Positions 9,435-18,915 of a DNA stretch of 64,000 nt are shown here, in pieces (positions within the stretch are counted from its first letter, which is position 1; every line of letters begins with the position of its first letter). Origin of the DNA: an uncultured Verrucomicrobiae bacterium. GTDB taxonomy: Bacteria > Verrucomicrobiota > Verrucomicrobiia > Chthoniobacterales > Chthoniobacteraceae. Below the pieces are notes generated by a model that saw nothing but the letters and a program-made list of their open reading frames with translations, was not told the DNA's origin and did no database searches. Where the stretch lies: positions 64,001-128,000 of the forward strand of contig CAWIKF010000001.1 in assembly GCA_963836755.1 (NCBI GenBank), written 5' to 3'. Position numbers and translations under genes: made by a program.

Positions 9435-9528
9435 GGGAGCAAATTTTCGATTTTCATCCGCTTCGCGCAACCACGAATTATGCGGACGGTGGCGGCACGA
9501 CGCGGCCTCTGGTGCGATTGCAGAGCAA

Positions 9529-10836
9529 ATGAAAAAACCGCCGCACGCCTTTGAAGTGCCGCGCAGCGACCGGCCCACCTCTGCGGAGCCGACCGAGCCG
9601 GAGCTGCACGAGCGGCGTGATCCCTATGCGGCTTTTCGCTTTCGCTCGTATTGGTTTTTCGCCATTGGGAATTTCGCCTCGGTCGTCGGGCGGCAGATGC
9701 TCGCGGTCGCGGTCGAGTGGGAAATTTACCAGCGAACGCATTCGGCGACGGCGCTCGGATTTGTCGGGCTCACGCTCGCGATCCCGGTAATTTTGTTCGC
9801 GATTCCTGCCGGTCATCTCGCGGATCGCTTTTCGCGCAAAAGTATTTTGCTCATCACGCAAGCGATCACTGCTTCGACTTCTGTCGGGCTCGCGCTGCTT
9901 TCGATCCATCACGCCGACATCCGTTTTTTCTACGGGCTGCTGTTGATTTCCGGCACGTCGCGCGCGTTCGGCTGGGCGGCGCGCGGCGCGTTTCTGCCGA
10001 ACCTTGTTCCCGCAAAACATTTTGGAAACGCGGTCACATGGAACAGCAGCACTTTCCAATTTGCCTCGGTCGCTGGTCCGGCGCTCGGCGGCTTTCTGAT
10101 CTACCGCTTCGGATTTCCGTTCATCTACTTTTTCGACACCTGCACGGCACTTTTATTTTTCACGCTGCTGCTCCCGGTCCGCACCGCCCGCCGCGCGCGC
10201 TCGTCGGCTGCAGCGGGGCTTGGCAGCTTGTTTTCCGGGATTCGCTTCGTGCGTGAAAATCCAATCGTCCTCGCAACCATCACGCTCGATCTTTTCGCCG
10301 TGCTCTTCGGTGGAGCTACCGCGCTGCTGCCGATTTTTGCCGATCGCATTTTGCATTGTGGTCCAGTCGGGCTCGGCTGGATGCGCGCTTCTCCGTCGGT
10401 CGGCTCGCTCGCCACCGGAGTGATCCTCGCGCATTTGCCGCCGTTGCAACGGCCCGGCAGGACGATGCTCCGCGCAGTCGCCGGCTTTGGGCTGACCACG
10501 CTGCTTTTTGGTTTGTCAAAATGGTTCGCGCTTTCCGTCGTGCTCCTTTGCGCGACCGGCGCATTCGATGCCATCAGCGTCGTCGTCCGGCACACGCTTG
10601 TCCAACTCCTCACGCCGGACGCGATGCGCGGTCGCGTCTCCGCCGTGAACAACGTCTTCATCGGCACCTCCAATGAGCTCGGCGCCTTTGAATCCGGGAT
10701 GACTGCCGCGTGGCTTGGGCCGATCGTCTCCGTCGTTGGCGGCGGCATCATCACCGTCGCCATCGTCGAATTTGTCCGGCGCGCGTGGCCGCAAATTTGT
10801 GAGCTCGGGCCCTTCGCCTCGATTGAAATCAAATGA
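9529..10836 (+). CDS. MFS transporter (MFS_3/EntS-like)
   Basis: About 12 hydrophobic segments; motif A GHLADRFSRK; TLDLFAVLFGGATALLP; TPDAMRGRV. Start chosen at ATG 9529. Confidence 0.92.
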   Translation: MKKPPHAFEVPRSDRPTSAEPTEPELHERRDPYAAFRFRSYWFFAIGNFASVVGRQMLAVAVEWEIYQRTHSATALGFVGLTLAIPVILFAIPAGHLADRFSRKSILLITQAITASTSVGLALLSIHHADIRFFYGLLLISGTSRAFGWAARGAFLPNLVPAKHFGNAVTWNSSTFQFASVAGPALGGFLIYRFGFPFIYFFDTCTALLFFTLLLPVRTARRARSSAAAGLGSLFSGIRFVRENPIVLATITLDLFAVLFGGATALLPIFADRILHCGPVGLGWMRASPSVGSLATGVILAHLPPLQRPGRTMLRAVAGFGLTTLLFGLSKWFALSVVLLCATGAFDAISVVVRHTLVQLLTPDAMRGRVSAVNNVFIGTSNELGAFESGMTAAWLGPIVSVVGGGIITVAIVEFVRRAWPQICELGPFASIEIK

Positions 10837-10845
10837 GTCTGGCCG

Positions 10846-11763
10846 CTACTCCACCGACTCGAAGTGGCTCATCGTTTTAAACATCGCGTAGCGCGCATCG
10901 ATTTCCTCCTGAGTCAGCTTCCGCAGCCGCTCCAGAGAAAACGCCTCCACGTTGAAACTTGCCAGCACACTACCATAGACAACCGCCTTGCGCAGTTGGC
11001 CAAAAGTGATCGTCCCCTGATCCACGCTCGCCAGGTAACCCGCAAAACCGCCCGCGAAAGTATCGCCCGCGCCCGTCGGATCGTGAATATCCTCCAGCGG
11101 AAACGCCCCGCAGCTAAAGAAAACCCCGTCGCCGAAAAGCAGGCAGCCGTGCTCCCCTTTCTTGATCGCCAGATACGACGGCCCCAGCCTGCGAATCGCA
11201 TTCCCGGCCTTCACCAGACTCGTCTCGCCCGTCAACTGCCGCGCCTCGCCATCATTGAGGATCAATAAATCGACCCGCTTCAGCAGCGCCAGCAAATCGC
11301 CTTTCGCGATATCGATCCAGAGATCCATCGTATCCGCGATCACGAACCGCGGCCGCTCCATCTGATCCAGCACATGGCTTTGCAGCGCCGGCGCGATATT
11401 TGCCAGCAGCACGATCGGCGTCCCCACATAACTCGGCGGCAGCACCGGATTGAAATGCTCGAAAACATTCAGCTCCACACTCCGCGTCTCGCGAGTGTTG
11501 AGATCCCAATGATACTCACCGCTCCAGCGGAAGGTTTTACCCGGCACCGTCTGCAACCCCGCCAGATCGATCCTGCGCGTCGCGAAATAATCGACATGCG
11601 CCTTTGGAAAATCCTCCCCGACCACGCCCACCAGATTCACCTGCGAGAAAAAACTCGCCCCCACCGCCGCATAACTGGCCGAGCCGCCCAGCAAATCCGC
11701 ATGCTCCTCCACGGGAGTTTTCACAGTATCGAGCGCGATGGAACCGACGACGAGGACAGACAT
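10846..11763 (-). CDS. PfkB-family carbohydrate/nucleoside kinase
   Basis: VLVVGSIALD, GGSASY, and the PfkB signature DPTGAGDTFAGGF. Confidence 0.94.
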   Translation of the reverse strand: MSVLVVGSIALDTVKTPVEEHADLLGGSASYAAVGASFFSQVNLVGVVGEDFPKAHVDYFATRRIDLAGLQTVPGKTFRWSGEYHWDLNTRETRSVELNVFEHFNPVLPPSYVGTPIVLLANIAPALQSHVLDQMERPRFVIADTMDLWIDIAKGDLLALLKRVDLLILNDGEARQLTGETSLVKAGNAIRRLGPSYLAIKKGEHGCLLFGDGVFFSCGAFPLEDIHDPTGAGDTFAGGFAGYLASVDQGTITFGQLRKAVVYGSVLASFNVEAFSLERLRKLTQEEIDARYAMFKTMSHFESVE

Positions 11764-11771
11764 GGCGAGAG

Positions 11772-11799
11772 TTAAGAATTAAGATTTGAGATTTAGGAA
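11772..11799. repeat. Degenerate heptamer tandem repeat (4 copies)
   Basis: TTAAGAA TTAAGAT TTGAGAT TTAGGAA immediately upstream of the PfkB start. Confidence 0.6.
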
Positions 11800-11884
11800 G
11801 TAAAATCACGCCGGCGCGCCGTATTTACCGCTTGGAAGCTGTAAAACCGCAGGACGGTTAGGACTTCGAAGTCGTGGATGAAAC

Positions 11885-12520
11885 TCAGCCGCGATGCGCG
11901 GTGAGGAGCGCTTTGACGTCGCGGGTGTAAGCGGTGATGTCGGGCGCTTTTAAGATGCCGGTGACGAGGACGACTCGGCGCGCGCCGGCGGCGAGGATGC
12001 GCTCGAGGTTTTCAACTTTGATCCCACCGATGCAGAAGATGGGGATGCGGATGAGTTCGTGGACACGGGCGATGTCGTCGAGGCCGATGGGCGGGTAATC
12101 GGGTTTGGTCGGGGTGGCGAATAGAGGGCCGAAGCCGATGTAGTCCGCGCCTTCCTCCTGCGCGGTGAGGGCTTGGGCGATGCTGTGAGTCGATTTGCCC
12201 ACGATGGAGTTTTTACCCGCGAGCATGCGGGCGGGGCTGGCCGCGATGTCGTCCTGGCCAACGTGGACGCCTTGGGCGGCGATTTCGGCGGCGACTTCGG
12301 GGTGGTCGTTGATGATGAGCGGGATTTCGGCGGCGCGGGTGATGGGGTCGATTTGCTCGGCGAGCCAGTGGATGTCCTTCGCGGCAAAGTTCTTGGCGCG
12401 GAGCTGGAGGATGTCGACGCCGCCGGCGATCATTTTCTCGGCCGTTTCAGCGAGTGCGGCGGGGGCGACGCAGGCGAGGTCGAGGATGCCGTAGAGGAGG
12501 CAGTCGGCGATTTTTTTCAA
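11885..12520 (-). CDS. thiE: Thiamine-phosphate synthase
   Basis: LQLRAK, LIINDH, GVHVGQDD, GKSTHS, DYIGFGPLFATPTK, IGGI. Confidence 0.96.
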   Translation of the reverse strand: MKKIADCLLYGILDLACVAPAALAETAEKMIAGGVDILQLRAKNFAAKDIHWLAEQIDPITRAAEIPLIINDHPEVAAEIAAQGVHVGQDDIAASPARMLAGKNSIVGKSTHSIAQALTAQEEGADYIGFGPLFATPTKPDYPPIGLDDIARVHELIRIPIFCIGGIKVENLERILAAGARRVVLVTGILKAPDITAYTRDVKALLTAHRG

Positions 12521-12562
12521 TGCAAGACTGAAACGCGGCTCGCGGTCCGCACGCGTGGCGGG

Positions 12563-13927
12563 TCAGCGGCCAAACTCGGCGCTGCGGGAGGCGATCATCT
12601 TTTCGACGAAGCCAGTGTTGTAGTTGCCGCGAAGGAAGTCCGGGTTCCGCATGATGGCTTGCTGGAAAGGGATGGTGGTTTTGATGCCGGTGACGAGGTA
12701 TTCGCCGAGAGCGCGGTCCATGCGGGCGATGGCATTGGCGCGGGTGGTGCCCATGCCGATGACTTTGGCGATCATGGAGTCGTAATGCGGCGGGACGGTG
12801 TAGCCGGCATAGGCGTGGGAGTCGATGCGGATGCCGCGGCCGCCGGGCGCGTAGTAGAGCTCGATCTTCCCGGGGCTGGGCTGGAAGTTGTTGAAGGGGT
12901 CCTCGGCGTTGACGCGGCATTGGATGGCGTGGTAGCGGAGGACGGGGTCGCGGACGAAGTGCGAAAGCGGCAGGCCGGCGGCGATTTTGATCTGCTCTTT
13001 GACGAGGTCGATGCCATACGCTTCCTCGGTGATGGTGTGCTCGACCTGGATGCGAGTGTTCATTTCCATGAAGTAAAAGTTCCCGTCGTCGTCGACGAGG
13101 TATTCCATGGTGCCGGCGCCTTCGTAAGCGACGGATTCGGCGAGTTTGACGGAGGCTTTGCCCATCTTTTCGCGGAGTTTCGCGTCGAGGAGCGGCGAAG
13201 GGGCTTCCTCGATGATTTTCTGATTGCGGCGCTGCAGCGAGCAATCGCGCTCGCCGATGTGAACGACGTCGCCTTTGCGATCGGCCATGACCTGGAACTC
13301 GATGTGGTGCGGGTTTTCGATCAGCTTCTCAATGTAGACGCCGGCGTTGCCAAAAGCTTTCTCGGCTTCCATGCGCGCGCCGTGGAAGCCCTGGACGAGG
13401 CTGACGTCGTTGTGCGCTGGTCGCATCCCTTTGCCACCGCCGCCGGCGACGGCTTTGATCATGACGGGGTAGCCGATTTTTTTGGCGATCTTGAGCGCCT
13501 CGGCTTCGGTCGCGACGATGCCGTCGCTGCCGGGGGTGATCGGCACGCCGGCTTTCTGCGCGGTGTCGCGTGCGGTGTTTTTGTCGCCCATCGCGCGGAT
13601 GGCGTCGGGGGATGGGCCGATGAATTTGATGTTGCAGCTGGCGCAGACCTCGGCGAAGTGCGCGTTCTCGGCGAGGAAGCCGTAGCCGGGATGAATGGCG
13701 TCAACGTCGCCGATTTCGGCGGCGCTGATGATGCGGTCGATTTTTAAATAGCTTTGCGCGCTCGAGGCGGGCCCGATGCAGATGGCTTCATCGGCGAGCT
13801 GGACGTGGAGGGAATCGATGTCGGCTTCGGAATAAACGGCGAGCGTGCGGATGCCGAGTTCCTTGCAGGCGCGGATGACGCGGAGGGCGATCTCGCCGCG
13901 GTTGGCGATGAGGATTTTGTTAAACAT
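12563..13927 (-). CDS. accC: Acetyl-CoA carboxylase, biotin carboxylase subunit
   Basis: [56 protein letters not shown]. Confidence 0.98.
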   Translation of the reverse strand: MFNKILIANRGEIALRVIRACKELGIRTLAVYSEADIDSLHVQLADEAICIGPASSAQSYLKIDRIISAAEIGDVDAIHPGYGFLAENAHFAEVCASCNIKFIGPSPDAIRAMGDKNTARDTAQKAGVPITPGSDGIVATEAEALKIAKKIGYPVMIKAVAGGGGKGMRPAHNDVSLVQGFHGARMEAEKAFGNAGVYIEKLIENPHHIEFQVMADRKGDVVHIGERDCSLQRRNQKIIEEAPSPLLDAKLREKMGKASVKLAESVAYEGAGTMEYLVDDDGNFYFMEMNTRIQVEHTITEEAYGIDLVKEQIKIAAGLPLSHFVRDPVLRYHAIQCRVNAEDPFNNFQPSPGKIELYYAPGGRGIRIDSHAYAGYTVPPHYDSMIAKVIGMGTTRANAIARMDRALGEYLVTGIKTTIPFQQAIMRNPDFLRGNYNTGFVEKMIASRSAEFGR

Positions 13928-13960
13928 CAGGGAAAGCGGAGGTCGGCCGCGGAACGGAAG

Positions 13961-14407
13961 TCACTTCAGCCGAAAGAGCGGCTGGCCGAATTGCACCGAG
14001 CCGCCATTCTCGGCGAGCAGTTCGGTGATCACGCCACTTTGCTCCGCTTTGATTTCATTCATCACTTTCATCGCCTCGATGATGCAGACGACGGTGTCGG
14101 GATTGACCTCCTGCCCGATCTCCACGAACGGCGCTGACTCCGGCGATGCGGCAGAGTAAAAAGTGCCGACCATCGGCGAGACAATCTCCTTGCCCGGCTC
14201 CTTCGGCGCGGCAGCGGGCTCGGGCTCGGGTGCGGCGTGCGCCATCGGCTGCGGCGCGGCCTGGAGTGGCGGCGCGATGGGCAGGACCTGCTGGAAATCG
14301 ACCCCTTTCTTGAGTTTGATTTTGAACCCCTCCTTTTCCATTTTGAAAACGGAGAGGTCGTTTTTTTTCATCAACGCGATGAGTTCTTTGATTTCTTTTA
14401 AGTCCAA
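13961..14407 (-). CDS. accB: Acetyl-CoA carboxylase biotin carboxyl carrier protein
   Basis: SPMVGTFY; biotinylation motif EAMKVMNEI; Ala/Pro linker. Confidence 0.97.
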   Translation of the reverse strand: MDLKEIKELIALMKKNDLSVFKMEKEGFKIKLKKGVDFQQVLPIAPPLQAAPQPMAHAAPEPEPAAAPKEPGKEIVSPMVGTFYSAASPESAPFVEIGQEVNPDTVVCIIEAMKVMNEIKAEQSGVITELLAENGGSVQFGQPLFRLK

Positions 14408-14577
14408 GCGGTGCTCCTGGGTGAAGTTTCGCGCACTGTAGGAACCGCTGCGGCAATGCGCAAGCGCGTTCGTGCCGCGAAAAAGCAGCTGCGAGTGGCG
14501 TCAAAGTTCGCGCCGCTGGCGCAAACCCCGGCCGCTTTTTCGCTGCGTGCCCGCGAGGTTCAGCTATGTTTTTCGCG

Positions 14578-15924
14578 ATGGCTGATCTTTTTGAAAAAAC
14601 GGCGGAGCCCGCGGTGGAAAGCGCGCGCGCGATGCCGCTGGCCACGCGGATGCGGCCGCGCACGCTGGAGGAATATGCGGGGCAGCAGCACATCCTCGGG
14701 CCGGGAAAATTGCTGCGCCGCGCCATCGAGGCGGATCGGATTTCATCGATCATTTTGTTCGGCCCGCCGGGGGCTGGAAAGACGACGCTCGCGCAGATCA
14801 TCGCGAACACGACCGACTCGAAATTTGAAAGACTCAGCGGCGTGGAATCGAGCGTGGCCGACATGCGGCGCGTGATCGCGACGGCGTCGAACCGGCTCCA
14901 GACCAGTGGCGCGAAGACGATTCTCTTCATCGACGAAATTCATCGTTTTAACAAAGCGCAGCAGGATGTTTTGCTGCCGGATGTCGAGAGCGGCGTCGTC
15001 CGGCTGATCGGCGCGACGACGCACAACCCGTTTTTTTACATCAATTCGCCGCTGGTATCGCGCTCGCAGGTTTTCCAGCTCGAGCCGCTCGCGCCCGAGG
15101 ATTTGGAAAAAGTTCTCCGGCGCGCGCTCGCCGATGAGGAGCGAGGCCTCGGGAAATATAAAGTCGAGATGGACGATGACGCGCTGCGGCATCTGGCGAC
15201 GGTGAGCGATGGCGATGCGCGCAAATGTTTAAACGCGCTGGAGATCGGCGTGCTGACGACGCCGGCCGATGAAAAAAGCGTCGTGCATTTCACGCGCGCG
15301 GTCGCGGAGGAATCGATCCAGCGCAAGGCCGTGGTGTATGACGCGGACGAGGATCAGCACTACGACACGATTTCCGCTTTCATAAAAAGCATGCGCGGCA
15401 GCGACCCCGACGCCGCGATTTACTGGCTCGCGAAAATGCTCTACGCAGGCGAGGACATCCGCTTCATCGCGCGCCGCATCGTCATTTGCGCGAGCGAAGA
15501 CATCGGCATGGCCGACTCGAATGCGCTCGTCGTCGCCGTCGCCGCGCAGCACGCGGTGGAATTCGTCGGCATGCCGGAGGCGCAGCTGGTTTTGGCGCAC
15601 GCGGCCGTTTATCTCGCGACCGCGCCGAAGAGCAACCGGACGACGATCGCGATTGGCAAAGCGTCAAAGGATGTAAAACAAGGCGTGACGCTGGCCGTGC
15701 CGAAGCATTTGCGCGACAGCCATTATAAAAGCGCGCGAAAACTCGGGCACGGCGAGGGCTACAAATATGCGCACGATTACGAGGGCGGCTACGTGCCGCA
15801 GGCGTATTTGCCGGAAGGCCGCGTGTATTACGAGCCGACGGGAATCGGCCAGGAAAAGCGCGTGAAGGAAAGGCTCGATTTTTGGCGCGCGCAGTTTGAG
15901 AAAGCGGACGCCGCGAAAAGCTGA
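14578..15924 (+). CDS. rarA: Replication-associated recombination protein A (MgsA/RarA AAA+ ATPase)
   Basis: PLATRMRP, GPPGAGKTT, FIDEIHRFNKAQQD, IGATTHNP, HYDTISAFIKSMRGSDPDAA. Confidence 0.96.
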   Translation: MADLFEKTAEPAVESARAMPLATRMRPRTLEEYAGQQHILGPGKLLRRAIEADRISSIILFGPPGAGKTTLAQIIANTTDSKFERLSGVESSVADMRRVIATASNRLQTSGAKTILFIDEIHRFNKAQQDVLLPDVESGVVRLIGATTHNPFFYINSPLVSRSQVFQLEPLAPEDLEKVLRRALADEERGLGKYKVEMDDDALRHLATVSDGDARKCLNALEIGVLTTPADEKSVVHFTRAVAEESIQRKAVVYDADEDQHYDTISAFIKSMRGSDPDAAIYWLAKMLYAGEDIRFIARRIVICASEDIGMADSNALVVAVAAQHAVEFVGMPEAQLVLAHAAVYLATAPKSNRTTIAIGKASKDVKQGVTLAVPKHLRDSHYKSARKLGHGEGYKYAHDYEGGYVPQAYLPEGRVYYEPTGIGQEKRVKERLDFWRAQFEKADAAKS

Positions 15925-15933
15925 CCGCGCGAT

Positions 15934-17928
15934 TTATTCGATGGCGATTTTCCGCTCGCGCAAAAGTTTCGTCACGCGCGCCAGCAGCTCGGTCTCATCG
16001 AGAGTCGCATCTTTTTCCGCTGTGATCAGCGCCTTGTCCAGGTGCGCATCTTTCAGCGCGACGAGTGCATCGAGCGCCGCGCCGCGAGCGGATTGATTCG
16101 CGGCGTTGTCTTCCAAAAGCGCTGCCAACTGCGCGCGCACGGCTTCTCCCGGATCGAGTTTTCCCGCGGCGCGCGCGCCAGCGATGACGACGAAATCGCT
16201 GCGCGATGCGAGCGCATCGGCGAGCAGCGGCACAGTTTTTTTCTCATGCAAATCTCCGAGCGCGATCAACGCCGCGGGCGCGAGCGGATTTTTAAAATCA
16301 GACGCCATCTGCAAAAACTTTGACGCAAACTCTTGCGCGCCTACCGCACCGAGCACGCGGATCGCCGCCGTGTCCCATTCCACATCATTGCTCGTCTCAA
16401 AAATCTTTTTGCACTCGCCGACCGTGCGCGGATCGCGGATCGCCGCGAGCGCTTTTACCGCCGCCTCCAGCAACTGCGGCTCGGACATGTGCTCGATCGC
16501 GTAAGCATAACCGTCGGCCAATCCGTTGCGGCCGAGGCATTCCGCGATAGCGAGCTTGCGCGAGAGCTCGCGCTCATCCGCGAGGTGCGGGCGCAATGCG
16601 CGCGCGGCGTCCGCCGTGCCGAGGTGGAGCAGAGCATCGACCGCGTAGACCCGCGTCTCGCCGAGGTCGGCATCAAGCCAGTTCGCGAGCGGCGCGACCA
16701 GCCGGTCATCGGGAGTCGTCTTGGAAATTATTGAGCAGACGCGCGCGAAAGTTTCCTTCTCCTCGCCATTCAAATTGAGCGCGGAAATCTTCAGCAAAAT
16801 CGGAATCGCCGAGTGCGGCTCGATTTTTTCCAGCGCGGAAATTTCATCGGTGATGGAAAGTCCTGCTGCGATTTTCTCGTGTGCGCGCGAGAGGATTTCT
16901 TCCGACGCAGAGGCCGCGTCCAATTGGCCCAGCGAGGTTTCGGCGACGCGCGCGAGATCGCCATCCGCATCGAGCGGCCATTGCTGCAAAAAAGTCTGCA
17001 TCGGCTGCGCCATCGCCTTGAGTTGCAATTTGCCGATGGCGGCAATTTTCGCGCGCTCGACTTCTCGCGATTCGCCGGCAAGGCCGATGGATAAAGCATC
17101 CGCGCCGATTTCCTGATGATCGAGCGCGCCCACGGCATCGATCATCGCGGCCCGCGCGGCCAGATTTGCGCCCGGATTTTTCAACGCGGCGAGCAGCGCG
17201 TCGGCGGAACTTTTTTGCAGACTTGTTGAATGCAGATAATCGTTCTCCAAAGTCGCCTGCAACGCACTCGCTGCGGCGATGCGAACGGACGGCGATTCCG
17301 CGTTGAGAAATTTCGCGAGCGCTTTTCCGGCGTCCGGATTTTGCGCGGCGAGGAATGCCCGGCGTCGCAACGCTTCCAGCAGCGGAACTGCCGGCGCGCC
17401 CTCGGTATTGTCGAGCCGCGACAGCAGCAGCGCGACGCGTTTTGTGCGATCCGGCTCAGCCGCGAGGGCGATCAGCGCCGTCACGCTTTGAAGCAGCGGA
17501 TCGTGCTCATCGGCGAGCGGCGGCATCGAGAGATCCATTTGCGAGACAAAGTTGTTGCTGTTCGCGTAGCCGACTTCCGAGCGGCGGAAAAATAGGAGCC
17601 GCATCTGCCCGGCCTTGAGCGTTCGCATTTCTGCGCCGAAGCGGTAACCGCCGAGATCGCCGCTCGTGAGCGAAAGATTGTCGCGCGCGAAAACGCCTTT
17701 CAAAACGCGCACCGGCTTGAAGGTAAATTGCTCCATCGCGCTTTCGCCTTTGCCGCCAAAGACGAGATGGATTTCCTCCACTTTTTCCACGCGCGCCGCG
17801 ACGATCAGTTCCGCATCGCGCGTCGCAGCTTCGAGATTGAGGCCGCGGAACCATTCGTTGCGCGAGTCTGCGGCAAAAGCGCGGCTCGCAATCAAAAGGT
17901 AAATCAACAATCCGCGGAGTGATTTCAT
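15934..17928 (-). CDS. Exported HEAT/PBS-lyase-like repeat protein
   Basis: N-terminal signal peptide (..SRAFA-AD); repeated helical units such as VRIAAASAL, ARAAMIDAVGAL, RVYAVDALLHLG, AAIRVLGAVG and AALIALGDL. Confidence 0.75.
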   Translation of the reverse strand: MKSLRGLLIYLLIASRAFAADSRNEWFRGLNLEAATRDAELIVAARVEKVEEIHLVFGGKGESAMEQFTFKPVRVLKGVFARDNLSLTSGDLGGYRFGAEMRTLKAGQMRLLFFRRSEVGYANSNNFVSQMDLSMPPLADEHDPLLQSVTALIALAAEPDRTKRVALLLSRLDNTEGAPAVPLLEALRRRAFLAAQNPDAGKALAKFLNAESPSVRIAAASALQATLENDYLHSTSLQKSSADALLAALKNPGANLAARAAMIDAVGALDHQEIGADALSIGLAGESREVERAKIAAIGKLQLKAMAQPMQTFLQQWPLDADGDLARVAETSLGQLDAASASEEILSRAHEKIAAGLSITDEISALEKIEPHSAIPILLKISALNLNGEEKETFARVCSIISKTTPDDRLVAPLANWLDADLGETRVYAVDALLHLGTADAARALRPHLADERELSRKLAIAECLGRNGLADGYAYAIEHMSEPQLLEAAVKALAAIRDPRTVGECKKIFETSNDVEWDTAAIRVLGAVGAQEFASKFLQMASDFKNPLAPAALIALGDLHEKKTVPLLADALASRSDFVVIAGARAAGKLDPGEAVRAQLAALLEDNAANQSARGAALDALVALKDAHLDKALITAEKDATLDETELLARVTKLLRERKIAIE

Positions 17929-17966
17929 TTGGCGCGCGAGAATAACGGACTTTTAAAAATCTGCGA

Positions 17967-18740
17967 TCACAGAATCGCGAGCAGCGATTGCACTGCGGCA
18001 TGCACATCCTCCGCGCGCATCAGCGTCTCGCCGACGAGGATCGCGTCGGCGCCAGCCGCATGGACGCGGCGCGCATCGGCGCTCGTTTTGACGCCGCTCT
18101 CGCTCACCAGCACGATGTCGTCTGGGACCTGCTCCGCGATTTCCTCCGTCGTCTGCAGATCGACTTCGAAGCTCGCGAGATTGCGGTTATTGATGCCGAT
18201 CAATTCCGCGCCGCAATCGAGCGCGCGGTCGAGCTCGGCGAGCGTGTGGACCTCGACGAGCACGTCGAGCTGCAGGTCGCGGGCCGTCTCGTGAAGATTG
18301 ACGAGTTCCGGCTGCTCGAGCGCGGCGACGATGAGCAAAATCGCGTCGGCCCCTGCGCAAACGGCCTCAAAAATTTGCGCTTCGTGCAGGATGAAATCCT
18401 TTCGCAAAACCGGCAGCGTGATCGCGTCGCGCACTTGCGTCAAAAACCGGAGATGACCTTGGAAAAAACGTTCATCGGTCAGGACGGAAATCGCGTGGGC
18501 GCCGGCGGACTCGTAGCTTTTCGCGATCAGCACCGGATCGAATTCCTCGACGATCGCGCCAGCGGAAGGAGAAGCTTTTTTGACCTCGGCGATCAGTCCG
18601 AGCCCAGCGTGCCGCATCGCCGATGTAAAGCCGCGAAAGTCATTCCGCTGCAACGCTGCCGCGCGCAGATGGGCGGCGCGCGGAACGAGCCGGGCGATCT
18701 CTATGCGCTTGTGATCGAGAATTTCGCGAAGGCGATCCAT
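17967..18740 (-). CDS. trpC: Indole-3-glycerol phosphate synthase
   Basis: LIAEVKKASPSAG, ISVLTDERFFQG, LRKDFI, GADAILLI, GINNRNL, VSESG. Confidence 0.98.
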   Translation of the reverse strand: MDRLREILDHKRIEIARLVPRAAHLRAAALQRNDFRGFTSAMRHAGLGLIAEVKKASPSAGAIVEEFDPVLIAKSYESAGAHAISVLTDERFFQGHLRFLTQVRDAITLPVLRKDFILHEAQIFEAVCAGADAILLIVAALEQPELVNLHETARDLQLDVLVEVHTLAELDRALDCGAELIGINNRNLASFEVDLQTTEEIAEQVPDDIVLVSESGVKTSADARRVHAAGADAILVGETLMRAEDVHAAVQSLLAIL

Positions 18741-18819
18741 CGCGCGGCTTTATACCAGCGGATTCGCTACGTCAAAACGGAAGTGCGGCGACTTTCACGC
18801 TTAAAAATTCTAGAAATTA

Positions 18820-18848
18820 TTGACAAATTCTCAGGGCGCTGTTATCTG
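18820..18848 (+). promoter_or_regulatory. sigma70-type promoter of the EPS operon
   Basis: TTGACA-17 nt-TATCTG with TG upstream of the -10 and an AT-rich UP-like region. Confidence 0.55.
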
Positions 18849-18915
18849 CCCGCTGCCAAAACGGCACCGGGAACTTTTTTGTTTAGGGAACATTTTAGTC
18901 AAAGGGAAATAGTCC

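Noticed and set aside
11764..11884. oriC call for the pfkB-thiE spacer
   Set aside because: Only one weak DnaA-box-like 9-mer (CGTGGATGA), no dnaA/dnaN/gidA context and an apparently local skew. Kept only as a skew observation.
12173..13747. 524-aa plus-strand ORF
   Set aside because: Antisense shadow of accC/thiE caused by biased codon usage; no recognisable motifs.
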